A stretch of DNA of 64,000 nucleotides from Dictyostelium discoideum (taxonomy: Eukaryota), in assembly GCA_000004695.1 (NCBI GenBank), contig CM000150.2, positions 4,224,001 to 4,288,000 on the forward strand. The letters run 5' to 3'. Shown here in pieces: positions 51,491 through 64,000 of the stretch (the first letter of the stretch is position 1; the number at the start of each line of letters is the position of its first letter). The notes beneath the pieces are model-generated. The model saw only the letters and a list, made by a program, of their open reading frames with translations. It was not told the origin of the DNA and searched no databases. The position numbers and the translations under genes are program-made.

Positions 51491-51999
51491 GGAATTGATA
51501 ATTGTGATTTTAAAGATTTAGATTTTGAATTTTTAGTAGTGTTTAATATTTTTGAAGAGATTAAAGATGGGAATAGTTGATTTGTTTTTTCTATAACATT
51601 TGGATCTATTGATTTATAAGGTTCGTCATCTGACATCCATTCCTCTTCTTCTTCTTTTTCTTCCTCTTCTTCTTCTTCTTCTTCCTCTTCATTTTTATTT
51701 TCTTTTCTTTCATCTTTATTTAATTTTCTTTTCTTTTTATTTTCTTGATCACAAGTTAAATTTTGTGGAATAATCATATTTTGTTGAAGTGGAATATTTG
51801 AATAAATTGGTATATTCATTAACCTAGCTAAATTTAAAACCTGTGAAAAGAATTCTGGTTTTGTTTGAAGGTAAAAACTAATTTCATTAATAATATCTTG
51901 TGATGGTTCTGCATATCTACCAATATTAATATCATATGATGATGATAATAATGACGATGAAAATCCTTGATTTAATACATTCGATGGTGGAGGTATTGA

Positions 52000-52080
<81 letters not shown>

Positions 52081-52206
52081 TACATTTTGATTATATAGTT
52101 GTTGAACAATATTTTCAAGATTATCAATTTTTTCCATATCATCTTGTCTTTGTTTCTCATATTTTAATTTTTTTAATTTGTTTTTTGATAATGCCACTCC
52201 AGTGGG

Positions 52207-52266
<60 letters not shown>

Positions 52267-52658
52267 TGTATCCTTTTTTTGTTTTTGAAGAGGAGGAGTC
52301 CTTTTACCAGTTGAAATCTCAGCTTTTAAAATTTTACCACCAAATTCAAAGTTATTTAATTGATTTAATATATTGTTTGTTTCATCAATGCTTTTGAAAT
52401 CTAAGAATACTGTTCCTTTCTATTATAATTAATTATTATTATTAATTATTATATTTCTTTGGTTTTATAAAATTATAAAATTGAAAACACACACAAACTT
52501 TTTTTTTTTTTTATTTTATTTTTTTTTTGCGAATATACATACAAGTGGTCCATTTAAAATTTTTATATTGATAGGGTTATATGAATTGAATAATGCATTC
52601 AATTCAGAGTCTGGTACTGAAGTTGGAACATTTTTTACGATTATTTTACAATTTGGTA

Positions 52659-52698
<40 letters not shown>

Positions 52699-52719
52699 AT
52701 TATCAGTTACATTCTCCAT
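50869..52719 (-). CDS. RNA-binding protein with two RRM domains and poly-Gln/Asn linkers
   Basis: Two exons: 52543..52719 (MENVTDNINN..CKIIVKNVPTSVPDSELNALFNSYNPINIKILNGPL, donor CTT|GTATGT) and 50869..52419, with the acceptor AG at 52421-52420 (phase 0). Exon 2 completes RRM1 (KGTVFLDFKSIDETNNILNQLNNFEFGGKILKAEISTGKR). Then come poly-Q/N, an acidic block and a C-terminal RRM-like domain (KIYIKNISKHASYQDFQSLFRRHF...GKLRNQAFITFPTIQLATLALNQTQGFKLHQKPILI). Confidence 0.7.
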
Positions 52720-52813
52720 AGTATAGATAGAAATTGTTTTAAGTTGTCATTATTGGGTAAATAAATTTTTTTTTTTCATTTTCAGAAATAAACGAAAAAA
52801 AAAAAAAAAAAAA

Positions 52814-52851
<38 letters not shown>

Positions 52852-53084
52852 AAAATAAAAATAAAAATAGAATTCAAGATTTTAATCATCAATCCGAATT
52901 AAAAAGAATTTTAAGTGTTTATTTTTTTTTTTTTTTAATTTACAGGTATGGATTTTATTATGTACATGGGTTTTTTTTTATTTTTTATTTTTTTTTTATT
53001 TTTTATTTTTTAATTTTTTTTTTGGATTATTTACAGTTGGGTTTGGATTTTTTTTTTTTTATTTATAAAATTATTCCTTATTAT

Positions 53085-53826
53085 TTACATCATTTTACAA
53101 ATTGAAGTTTTAGTTTGTTTTACTCTTGTATTTATTTTTTTAATTATTTTACTTGTATTAACTAATGGTTTTTTAGAGTCACTATCTTTTGATGGTTTAT
53201 GACTTTGTGGATCTTCTTTTCTTTTAACTATACGAACTGTTTCATTGAAAACTTCTTCAACATTTGTTCTATTTTTAGCGGAAACTTCCATGAATGACAT
53301 ACCTAAACATCGTGCTAAATCTTTACCTTCTTGAAATGTAACTTGTCTTTCATCATCTAAATCAATTTTATTACCAATCATCATTATTGGTACATCATCA
53401 CTATCCAATACACGAATGATTTGTTCTCTAAAGAATTGAATTTGGTCAAATGATGATCTTGATGTAACCGAATAAACCAATATGAAGCCTTCACATGATC
53501 TAATCCATTGGTCTCTCATAGCGGTTAATTCATCTTGACCTGCTGTATCTAATATATCTAACATATAAACTTGATCATCCACCAAACATTGTTTACGGTA
53601 TGAATCTTCAATTGTTGGATCATAATAATAAACAAAATGATTTGAAATAAATTGAATTGTTACTGCTGTTTTACCAACACCACCTTTTAATATTTTTAAA
53701 TTAAATGAAAAAAAAAAAAATTAATATTAATAAAACTTGGAAATTATTTTTATTTTTTTTTATTTTTTACATACCATCACCCATTATACATAATGATATA
53801 ACATTATTATTTTTATAGGAAGTCAT
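53085..53826 (-). CDS. Ras-subfamily small GTPase, copy 1 (rasU-Z-like), with an intron
   Basis: Exon 53775..53826 ([17 protein letters not shown], donor G|GTATGT) and exon 53085..53683 (acceptor AG at 53685-53684). The join gives GDG|[32 protein letters not shown].., with DTAGQDE, NK.D, SAK and the CaaX box CKMM. The protein is about 216 aa. Confidence 0.85.
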
Positions 53827-54114
53827 TTTTTTATTTATTTATTTATTTATTTTTATTTAGTTTAATAATAATTAATTGATTGAATAATTTTAAAATTCTA
53901 ATTTTATTATAATTGAATTTTCTTTTTTTCTTTTTTTAATTTTATGGAAATAATAATAAATATAATTATTTTTTTTTTATTTTTTATTATTTTTTTTTAA
54001 TTAAAATAATAATAATAATTATTATTATTCTTATTTTATTAAAAATTCTCTTTTACTCTATTTTATTCTCTTTTTCTATTTATAAATAATTTGAATTACT
54101 ATTTATTTGTTTGC

Positions 54115-54146
<32 letters not shown>

Positions 54147-54283
54147 TATAATATTTAAAAGGGATAGGTAATTAATTCTATTTAAATAATTTTACAAATT
54201 GTATTTAAATAGGAATAATTTTTAAAAAATTAATTTTTTTTATTTTATTGTAATTTTTTTTAAAAATTAATTCCGGTTTGTTA

Positions 54284-54333
<50 letters not shown>

Positions 54334-54658
54334 TTTTTATTATTGTAATTTTTGTCGTTACAAAAATATTGGGGGGTGGGTGTGATAATAAGATTAAAAT
54401 TAAAAAATCTTTTTTTATTTTTTATTTTTAATTTTTTGTTTTAAATTATATTTTTGTTTTAATTTTTATTATTTTTTTTTTTGTTGATGATTTTATTAAA
54501 TATCTTATCTATTTTTGTTATCTTTTTATTTGTACTTTTTATTGCAAATTTTAAAATAAAAAAAAACAAAACATAAAAAAATAAAATAAAAATAAAAAAA
54601 AAAAAAAAAATAAAAAAAAAATTAAAATGAATAAAAAATAAAGCTTTATATAATAGAA

Positions 54659-54701
<43 letters not shown>

Positions 54702-54835
54702 ATGATCACTTAATTCAGAGAATCAATTTTTTTTTTTTTTTTTCTATTTTTTTTTATTTTTTTAATTTTAAAATTTGGGCAAAATTATGTGAGACTCTCA
54801 ATTAGTTAATAAAAATTTATGATAAATTTTGATAG

Positions 54836-54872
<37 letters not shown>

Positions 54873-55031
54873 ATGTAAAATATTAATAAAAGAGAGGTGA
54901 GCAGTGCTATTATAAATAAACTTTTTTTTCCCCCACTAATTTTTTTTTTATTTTTTAGTCAACTTTTTTTCAGTTATCCAAAACAAACAATGGGGCGAAG
55001 TCATATAGTATTAAAAATAAAATAAAATAAA

Positions 55032-55070
<39 letters not shown>

Positions 55071-55830
55071 GTTCAATCAGTAATTAAATATAATCAAAAT
55101 CTCAAAACACACACTTCCAACTGACGCTGATCAAAAAAAAAAAAATAAAAATAAAAAAATAAAAAAAAAAAAAAAATATAATATTTTTATAGTTGTGGTG
55201 AAAATATTATTAGCCTCCAATCAAAAATCTTTATTAGGAATTCTAGATCACCACACTTTACTTTTTTTTTTTTAATTACTAAGCCGCAAGGTACCTTTTG
55301 TTTATATTTTTATAGTAATGAAATTTTTTAAAAAAAAATAAATATTTGGTTCTTTTTTTTTTTTTTTTTTTTTTTAATGATTTTTATTTTTATTTTTTTT
55401 TTTTTTTTTAATCACTTTTTATTTTTATTACTTTTTTTTTTTTAAAAATTAAATTAATATATTACCGAAAAGGTTTACTTAAAAAATTTACTAAAAATAC
55501 GGAGTTTTAAGTAAGTTCCTTTTTATTTCCAAAATAAAATGATATTATTATTATAATATTTTAATTTACCGATAAAAGATATTTTTTTTTTTTTGATTTT
55601 TATTTTTTTTTTTAATTAATAAATTGATTTTTTTTAGAAAGTTGGAAAAAAAAAATTGGAAAATATCTATAGATATTATTTTTATATACAAAAAATTAAA
55701 ATTCATTCAATTTGAATGAAAAATTATAATTTATAATTTTATTTTATTTATTTACAATATAATATTACATTTATAATTATTATTATTATTATAATCATTA
55801 TTATTATTATTTTTATTATTTTTATTATTT

Positions 55831-56520
55831 TTACATAACTTTACAAATTTCATTAATTTTTTTTTTTAATGGATTTTTGTTTTTTTTTAATATTTTTACA
55901 TGTTTTGATTTAATTCTATATAATTCTTCTTTTCTTTTAACACAACAAACTGCTTCATGAAAAACTTCATCAATATTTGATCTATTTTTAGCAGAGACTT
56001 CCATGAATGACATACCTAATCTTTGAGCCAATTCTTTACCTTCATGATAGGTAACTTGTCTTTCATTAACCAAATCTGATTTATTACCAATCATCATAAT
56101 TGGTACATCATCTCTATCCAATACACGTATTATTTGTTCTCTAAAATTTAAAACTTGATTAAATGATGATTTACATGTAATTGAATAAACCAATACAAAT
56201 CCTTCACATGATCTAATCCATTGATCTCTCATTGCGGTTAGTTCATCTTGACCAGCAGTATCGAGAATATCCAAAATATATGATTTATCACTAACACAAA
56301 TTTGTTTACGATATGAATCTTCAATTGTTGGATCATAATAATAAACAAAATGATTTGAAATAAATTGAGTTGTTACTGCTGTTTTACCAACACCACCATC
56401 GCCCATAATACAAAGTTGTACAATATTATTTTTATTATTATTATTACAATTATTTTCATTTATAAAATTATTATTATTAATAATAATATTTTTTTTAAAA
56501 TTTTTAATTTTAATTGACAT
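55831..56520 (-). CDS. Ras-subfamily small GTPase, copy 2 (intronless, with an Asn-rich N-terminal extension)
   Basis: A single 229-aa ORF starting at an ATG: [93 protein letters not shown]...NKSDL..SAK..EICKVM*. Confidence 0.85.
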   Translation of the reverse strand: MSIKIKNFKKNIIINNNNFINENNCNNNNKNNIVQLCIMGDGGVGKTAVTTQFISNHFVYYYDPTIEDSYRKQICVSDKSYILDILDTAGQDELTAMRDQWIRSCEGFVLVYSITCKSSFNQVLNFREQIIRVLDRDDVPIMMIGNKSDLVNERQVTYHEGKELAQRLGMSFMEVSAKNRSNIDEVFHEAVCCVKRKEELYRIKSKHVKILKKNKNPLKKKINEICKVM

Positions 56521-57895
56521 TTTTTTTAATTATTATATTTTTTTTTTTTTTTTTACTTAATAAACTTCAAATAATTTATAACTTTTGAATTCTTATTTTG
56601 AATGAATATATATAAAAAAAAATAAAAATTATTTTACTTCTATTTATATTTTTATTTTATTTAATTTATTTTATTTTATTTTATTTTGTTTTATTTTCAG
56701 TTTTATTGTTTTTAAATTATTTTCAGTTATAAATAATTCACTAACAGATTTTTTTTTTTTTTTTTTTATGAGATTATTTTTTTTTTTATATGCAGTCACA
56801 GAGTGGTGATTATTTTAAGTGTAAGTAATTTAGAAATATTATGGTTTTGGAAAGGATTTTTTGCAAAACAATCATAAATGAAAAAAGAAAAAAAAATCAG
56901 TTAAAAATATCTTGGTATTCTCACTTAATTTCTCAATTTTTTTTATTATTTTTATTTTAATAAAAATCACACTATAATATTTCGCTTTTTTAAAAATAAT
57001 TTATTAATATTATATTATGTATAAAAAAAAAAAAAAACTATTAACTTTTTGCATAGAGAGAAAATTTATTATTAATATTTTTTTTTTTTAATAATTAATA
57101 CTATCGATATCACGTGTGATTATTATTATTATTTATTAATATTATTTTTTGGTTTTGTATTTATTATTATTATTTTTTTTATTTTTTATTTTTTTTATTT
57201 TTTTTTGCACAAGATTTATTTTAAATTGCACAAATTTTTGTTGACAATCAAAAGTTAACATAATAATAATAATAATAATATAATAATAATAATAATATAT
57301 TTGAATAAATGAATGAAATAAAGAGTTTTTTTTTTATTTTTTTTTTATATAAAAATAAATTATTGGAAAAAATAAAAAATGAATATAAATGGCAGTTATC
57401 GAAATTTTTTTTTTTTTTGGATAACTAAATTATTTGAACAATCTTTGGAATCCTTGTAAAAGTTTTAAAATAATATTAAAAAGTCATCAATGACTAAATT
57501 TAAATTCAATCTATTATAATGGTGGCATTTTTTTTTTATCTTTTTTTATTACTTTTTTTTAATTTTATTTCTTTTTTTAATTTTATTACTTAAACACACT
57601 CACACACAAAAATAAAAAATAAAAAAAATTGATTAAAATTTCATTAAGGTGTAAATTTACTTTCAACTCCACATTGAAAGTTATTTAATTTTTTTATTTA
57701 TTTTACTTTTTTTTTTTTTAGTTTATACACTTTAGATTTACAATTATTTTCATTTTACTTTTTACTTTTTTTTTTTTTTTTTTTTTATATTTATATATTT
57801 ATTTATACACACAAGTAAGAATCTTACTCGATATCGGTGCGCGCGAATTATTTACAATTATTAATTTTTACATATATATTTTAATTCCAAATTAT

Positions 57896-58537
57896 TTACA
57901 TCATTTTACAAATTGAATTTTTAGTATTATTTACTTTTTGATTTAATTTTTTAATTATTGAATTTTTCTTTTTAATATCTTTTCCATCTTTTGATTTATC
58001 TTTATTATGTAAATCATATTTTCTTTTTACACAACGAACTGTTTCATTGAAAACTTCTTCAATATTTGATCTGGTTTTAGCAGAGACTTCCATGAATGAC
58101 ATGCCAAAACAACGTGCTAAATCTTTACCTTCTTGATAGGTTACTTGTCTTTCATCATCTAAATCTGATTTATTACCAATCATCATTATTGGTACATCAT
58201 CACTATCTAATACACGATTAATTTGTTCTTTGAAGAATGCAATTTGGTCAAATGATGATCTTGATGTTACTGAATAAACCAATACGAATCCTTCACATGA
58301 TCTAATCCATTGATCTCTCATAGCGGTTAATTCATCTTGACCTGCTGTATCTAATATATCTAACATATAGACTTGATCATCAATTACACATTGTTTACGA
58401 TATGAATCTTCAATTGTTGGATCATAATAATGTACAAAATGATTTGAAATAAATTGAATTGTTACTGCTGTTTTACCAACACCACCATCACCCATAATAC
58501 AAAGTTTAACTAAATTATTATTTTTATATCCTGACAT
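57896..58537 (-). CDS. Ras-subfamily small GTPase, copy 3 (intronless)
   Basis: A single 213-aa ORF starting at an ATG: [69 protein letters not shown]...SICKMM*. Confidence 0.85.
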   Translation of the reverse strand: MSGYKNNNLVKLCIMGDGGVGKTAVTIQFISNHFVHYYDPTIEDSYRKQCVIDDQVYMLDILDTAGQDELTAMRDQWIRSCEGFVLVYSVTSRSSFDQIAFFKEQINRVLDSDDVPIMMIGNKSDLDDERQVTYQEGKDLARCFGMSFMEVSAKTRSNIEEVFNETVRCVKRKYDLHNKDKSKDGKDIKKKNSIIKKLNQKVNNTKNSICKMM

Positions 58538-58550
58538 TTTTAATTTTGAT

Positions 58551-58572
58551 TTATTTATTTATTTATTTATAT

Positions 58573-58607
<35 letters not shown>

Positions 58608-58674
58608 TATTTATTTATTTATTTATATTTATTTATTTAAATTTATTTATTTATTTATTTATATTATACAAAAT

Positions 58675-58725
<51 letters not shown>

Positions 58726-58740
58726 TTTTTTATATGTATT
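58551..58740. repeat. (ATTT)n/(TTTA)n microsatellite in the Ras intergenic spacer. A shorter (AAAT)n lies at 59221..59276.
   Basis: A run of 'atttatttatttattt...' with occasional ATATTT variants. Confidence 0.9.
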
Positions 58741-59223
58741 TTTACAATTTATAGTTATACAATTTATTTTTTTATACAATTGTTTTAAAATTAATGATTG
58801 GAAAAAAAACATTTCTTTTTTATAATGTTTTTTTTTTTTTTTTTTAATCAAACAATTAATTTTCAACGAAAATAAAATTATGAAAATTTTTATTTTATTT
58901 TTTTTATTTTTTTTTTTTATTTTTTTTTTTATTTTTTTTTTTATTTTTGTCACCACATAGTGTTGTCATTTAATTTTTTTGTGTTAATAAAAATAGAATT
59001 ATTAAGAAAAATTTGGTAGTTTCCCGAACTGACATTCAAAAAAATAATTATGAAAAAAAAAAAAAAAAAAATAAAATCTTTGTTTTGCAATGAGAATAAG
59101 TTAATAATTTTCAATCAGTGAAACTACCCTTAATGTAAATGTAACCCCCAAAAAAAAAAAAAAAAAAAAAAAGATAAAAATATAATAAAAAAAAAAGATA
59201 AAAATAAAATAAAATAAAAGATT

Positions 59224-59275
<52 letters not shown>

Positions 59276-59404
59276 ATATTTTTTTTATATTTTTTAATTT
59301 TATTCTTTTGATTATAATTTTATATATTCATTTGCATCATTTCACAAAAGATATTGATGAAACTTGCCCAGAAAAAAAAAAACAAATAAAAAAATTGACT
59401 ATTA

Positions 59405-59468
<64 letters not shown>

Positions 59469-59587
59469 ACTAAAAATAGAATTAAAACAATATTAAAAAA
59501 ATAAAAATTATCTTTACAAGAAATTCAATCAACATTTTAAATTGAAAGAATAATTTAAAATTTTATTTACAAAAGATTTCTATTATA

Positions 59588-59625
<38 letters not shown>

Positions 59626-59626
<1 letters not shown>

Positions 59627-60369
59627 TACATCATTTTACAAATTGATATTTTGGCACCATTTACTTTTTGATTTAATTTTTTAAAGATTGAAGATTTTTT
59701 AGAGTGATCACCTTTACCATCTTTTGAATTATCTTTTTTTAATAATGATTCTTCTCTTCTTTTTACACAACGAACTGTTTCATTGAAAACTTCTTCAACA
59801 TTAAGTCTGGTTTTAGCAGAGACTTCCATGAATGACATACCTAAACAACGTGCTAAATCTTTACCTTCTTGAAATGTAACTTGTCTTTCATCATCTAAAT
59901 CTGATTTATTACCAATCATCATAATTGGTACATCATCTCTATCTAATACACGGATAATTTGTTCTCTAAAGAATTGAACTTGGTCAAATGATGATCTTGA
60001 TGTTACTGAGTAAACCAATATGAAACCTTCACAAGATCTAATCCATTGGTCTCTCATAGCGGTTAATTCATCTTGACCTGCTGTATCTAATATATCTAAC
60101 ATATAAACTTGATCATCTATTAAACATTGTTTACGATATGAATCTTCAATTGTTGGATCATAATAATGTACAAAATGATTTGAAATAAATTGAATTGTTA
60201 CTGATGTTTTACCAACACCACCTTTTTTTAAAAAAAAAAAAATAAAATAAAAAATTAATATTATTAAAACTTGGAATTTATTATTTAAACATAGGTTATA
60301 TTTTTTTAACATACCATCACCCATTATACAAAGTTTAACTAAATTACCATTACTTTTATTTGTTGTCAT
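59626..60369 (-). CDS. Ras-subfamily small GTPase, copy 4 (with an intron at the same site as copy 1)
   Basis: Exon 60315..60369 ([18 protein letters not shown], donor G|GTATGT) and exon 59626..60221 (acceptor AG at 60223-60222). The join gives GDG|[51 protein letters not shown]...ISICKMM*. The intron shares 'ttccaagttttaataatattaatttttt' with the copy-1 intron. Confidence 0.85.
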
Positions 60370-60601
60370 TTTTTTTTATTTTTTTTTATTTTTTTATTTT
60401 TTTATTTTTTTAAAAAAATTATTTATTTATATATTTAATTATTTATTATTTATTTTGAATAATGGTAATGAATAAAAAAAAAATTTTAATTTCATCTTGC
60501 TATTTATATTTTTTTTATTTTTTAATTTATTTTTATTATTAATCCATTTTTAGGACAAAAATAAATTAATCAATCAAATAAGTTCAGCGAAAAATGTTTT
60601 T

Positions 60602-60645
<44 letters not shown>

Positions 60646-61179
60646 TATTCAAATAATATCAATAATATCAGACTAATGAATATATGAGGAATTATTATTA
60701 TTAAAAAGGTTTTTATTTTGAAAAAAAAAATGAATAGTTAAACGATCTGATAAAAAAAAAAAAAAAAAAAATAAAATTGTGAATAAGGAATTTGATGGTT
60801 GTAATAGTCAAATTAAAATTTTAACGTTAAATAGTTTTTGAAATATGTTCTTTCATATCCATTGTGATTTTTTTTATTTTTATTTTTATTTAAATAGACA
60901 ATCCGAAATGAGATTTTATTTGATAAAAAAAAAAACCTCTTAATCTTAACAAATTGTTAACACATCCAACTGATCTATAAATTATTTTAATTTTTATTAA
61001 TATATTTTTTTATTTTATTTTTTTATTTTATTTTTTATTTTTTTTCAAAAGTGCACAAAGTTAACTTCTTCCTAAATTAAAAAAATATTTTTTAAAAAAA
61101 ACAAAAAAAAAATTAAAAAAATAAAAATTTTGAAAAAAAAAAAAAAAAATAATGAAAGATATGATCCAACACACACACA

Positions 61180-64000
61180 ATGATTACATCAAATAATAAT
61201 AATAAAAATAATAATAAAAAAGATGTAGAGATGAAATCAAACGAAGAAGAAGGAGATGAAATTTTTTTTTCAATATTGAGTGGTGATACAAACAATTTAT
61301 TTAAATTTTTAAATAATAATAATAGTAATAATAATAATAATAACAACAACAACAATATAAATAATTCAATTGATATTTATTTACCATATATTATCGTTGG
61401 GATATTAGAAAAGAATAAAGATCTTTTAGATGAAGATGAAAACCTTAAAAAATTATTTTATTCACCAATTTATTCAAAATCTATTCATAATATAAATCAA
61501 TATCAATCATTAAACTTTGATCACATTAATGAATTTATAAAAGATCAAGTTAGAATTAGAAAGAAATTAAATCATGTATGTTTTAATTATTATTAATTCA
61601 AAAAATACATATTTCAAATATGTATTAATAAAAATTTTTATTTTATTTTTTTTATTTTTTTATTTTTATTTTTATTTTTTTTAATTTTAATTAGGTAAAT
61701 CAAGATAAAAAAGATACTTATTTAGATAATATTGATAACCCAAAATATCAATTTGAAAATGGAGATAAAGAGGTTAAAATGAAATTGGTTTTATCAGATA
61801 TCATTGCTTTATTAGAATTTTCAGAGATGCAACAATCATTAACAATTTCAAAAGAAACAAAATATGATGCCCCATTTATAGATACCCCAATTTATAATAA
61901 TGAATTAAATTTAATTTTTCCAATTATATGTTATAAATGTTTAAAACATATTGATTTTAATGTTTGTACTTTCTTTTATTACTATTATTAGTAATTATTT
62001 TTTATAAAAAAAAAAAAAAAAAAAAAAAAAGAAAAATAAAAAAAAAATATTAACTTTTTATTTTTTTATTTTTTTTTTAAGAAATTAACTTTATCAATAT
62101 TATTTTTAAATCAAGCAAATTATCTTATTAAATTATTACTATCAAATAATCCAAATGAATTCAATGAAATTATTGAGATTGTAATTTCAAGTATAGGATT
62201 AATTGGTGTTGAAAAGGTTAAAAGAGTATTACTTGAAATTTGTAAACTTTCAAAATATTGTAGTAGATTCATTAGAACCGAATTAATTAATAGACAAATG
62301 TTACCAGATTTAGTATTATTAATAACAAGTCAATTTGTAAAGGATGAAATTGATTTATTAAGTAATATCATTTCAAATCGTATAGAGAATCAATGGTTAA
62401 AAGAATACATTTCACAAAAGGATCAATTTTCAACTTTTAATGAAATTAGAGATAGTTTATTTTCAACTTTAGAATTAATTTCAAAAGAAATATCATCAAA
62501 TAGTAATAATAATAGTAATAATTTAGAACATTCATTCATTGTAAAATCTATAATAAGATTATATTGTGGATTTAGTGGCTTATTAGGTATAAAAATGAAT
62601 CAACAAGAAATTTCAATCTCTTTATCTTTTATAGAAAAATCAATTTTTAAAAAGTATAATTCATATATATATAGTTAATTTCATATAAAAAAAAAAAATT
62701 ATTTATTATATATTAATTTTTTTTATTTTTATTTTTTATTTTTTTATTTTTTTTTTTTTTATTTATTTTATTAAAAAAAAAAAAAAAAAAAAAAAAGTTA
62801 TTCAAAAATATTTTTATGTTTTTTATTAGTTTGTGAAGGATTAGTAAAGACAATACATCCAAAGAAAGAATTAGTTGGATATTTAAATCATCTTTGTAAA
62901 GTTGGAAATTGTGATGAATTGTTATTATTAATTTCAATTTATTTTCATACACATCAATTACAGAATATAGCATTATTAGTAAAGAATATTTTAGGATTTA
63001 GACCATCGATTCATACTGAATCATTGAATCAAATTGGGGAGATTTTAACCAAAGAAATCTATACTGAATCATTGGTAGCTAAAAGAGCACAACAATTACC
63101 AATCATTGAAAAGTTAAATACAAATCATCAAAATATTTCAATAGTTTGTGTTTATCATTTATTATCAGAGAGAATCTTTGAAAAGTATGAAACTGATGTT
63201 GGTAATTGGTGTTGGTCACAATTAACTAAATCTTCAACACCAATTCATTATTTATTACCATCATTATTAGATCAACTTTGTAAAAATATAATTGAACCTT
63301 CAATTAATAATAATAATACATCTTCAACAACTTCAATTATAAATACATCAACTACAGCAGCAGCAGCATCAACAACAGCATCAAATGCAAATACAACAGC
63401 AGCAACAACTACAACAACAACAGCAGCAACAATCACAACAGCAACAACAACAGGTACAACAACAGGTATATCACCATCATCATCAACAACAACTACTTCA
63501 AGTACAGGAGGAGCAACATCAACATCGATATCATCACCAAATTCAACATCTTTAGGAAATTCATATTTATTTTCAACATTTTCATCAACATCATCATCAT
63601 CATCATCAGGGTTACCATTTTATATGAAAAGAATATCGGAATCAATTATAATGAATTCAATACAACAATCACAATCAAATTTATCAGTTCAAATATTAAT
63701 TATTTACTTTGTTTTAAGATATAATGATTCAGTTATAAAGTTTAAGAGTGAACAAAAGGGTAAACCAATTCAATTCCTTATAGAGACAACACAACTTAGA
63801 GAATATAATATTGAATTTTTATCGAAATTACCAATTCAAAATTGTATAAACGTTATATTATCAAATCAATCTGATTACTTTTACATTATACCACCTTTTC
63901 TTTATTTAATTTTATCACAATTTCCACAATTTTTTAATATTAATTTATTATTATTAGAAGAAGAAAGATTATTAAATCCAATTGAAAAGTTTATTTATTT
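61180..64000 (+). CDS. Large multi-exon gene of unknown function, partial (it runs off the window end)
   Basis: Predicted exons are 61180..61575 (donor CAT|GTATGT), 61725..61961 (acceptor AG at 61723-61724, donor AAT|GTTTGT), 62082..62586 (donor G|GTATAA, the least certain) and 62830..64000+ (acceptor AG at 62828-62829). The protein is Leu/Ile-rich and helical-repeat-like (..LPDLVLLITSQFVKDEIDLLSNIISNRIENQWLKEYISQKDQF.., ..ELVGYLNHLCKVGNCDELLLLISIYFHTHQLQNIALLVKNILGFRPSIHTESLNQIGEILTKE..), with a Thr/Ala/Ser-rich linker (63300..63620). No family was recognised. Confidence 0.45.

Noticed and set aside
57841-57870. The GC island 'atatcggtgcgcgcgaatta' just downstream of Ras copy 3
   Set aside because: It is striking in AT-rich DNA, but it is a single short occurrence with no repeat or partner. 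It is most likely a 3' UTR or terminator-region oddity.

Overview
This window is nuclear DNA from an AT-rich social amoeba, almost certainly Dictyostelium discoideum. The Ras cluster and several neighbouring genes suggest chromosome 1, though that is from memory only. The evidence for the organism is about 78% A+T, very long homopolymer A/T tracts, (AAT)n/(CAA)n repeats encoding poly-Asn/Gln, short AT-rich introns with GTAAGT/GTATGT donors, and the gene content. There is no prokaryotic content, no CRISPR array and no operon-like defence system. I could support about 24 protein-coding genes, 2 tRNA genes, several microsatellites, one nested set of segmental duplications and two notable palindromes.

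Ordered from the start of the window, the main features are:
- a partial SH3-domain gene;
- an intact 3-exon type II NADH dehydrogenase (NDH-2), surrounded by two truncated or inverted pseudo-copies of its own 3' part at about 9.4-11.0 kb and 18.5-19.7 kb;
- two paralogous large type I membrane glycoproteins (4.1-8.8 kb on the minus strand, 32.2-36.1 kb on the plus strand), with an EGF-like Cys-rich module, a conserved 'DPDFSVL' motif just before the transmembrane segment, and six- and eight-exon models worked out by hand;
- a Frizzled/Smoothened-like 7TM receptor;
- a long-chain fatty-acyl-CoA synthetase with unusual low-complexity extensions;
- a DEAH-box RNA helicase;
- an Asn-rich F-box/LRR-like protein;
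- a tandem pair of tRNA-Asp(GUC) genes;
- a Beclin-1/Atg6 gene with a roughly 630-aa N-terminal Asn-rich extension;
- a Rab11-family GTPase;
- a Ypi1/PPP1R11-like phosphatase inhibitor, divergent from succinate dehydrogenase Fe-S subunit sdhB;
- a two-RRM RNA-binding protein;
- a head-to-tail array of four Ras paralogs (rasU-Z-like, CaaX box = CKMM or CKVM), in which the two outer copies keep a homologous intron inside the P-loop Gly codon and the two inner copies have none.

The most unusual non-genic signals are two palindromes. One is a roughly 176-bp GC-enriched imperfect palindrome with a perfect 17-bp inverted-repeat core at 22985-23160. The other is a roughly 90-bp AT palindrome, with a perfect 58-bp core, present only in duplicate copy B.

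All exon boundaries are hand-derived from the sequence and should be treated as models. They rest on donor and acceptor motifs, phase bookkeeping and agreement with conserved protein motifs.
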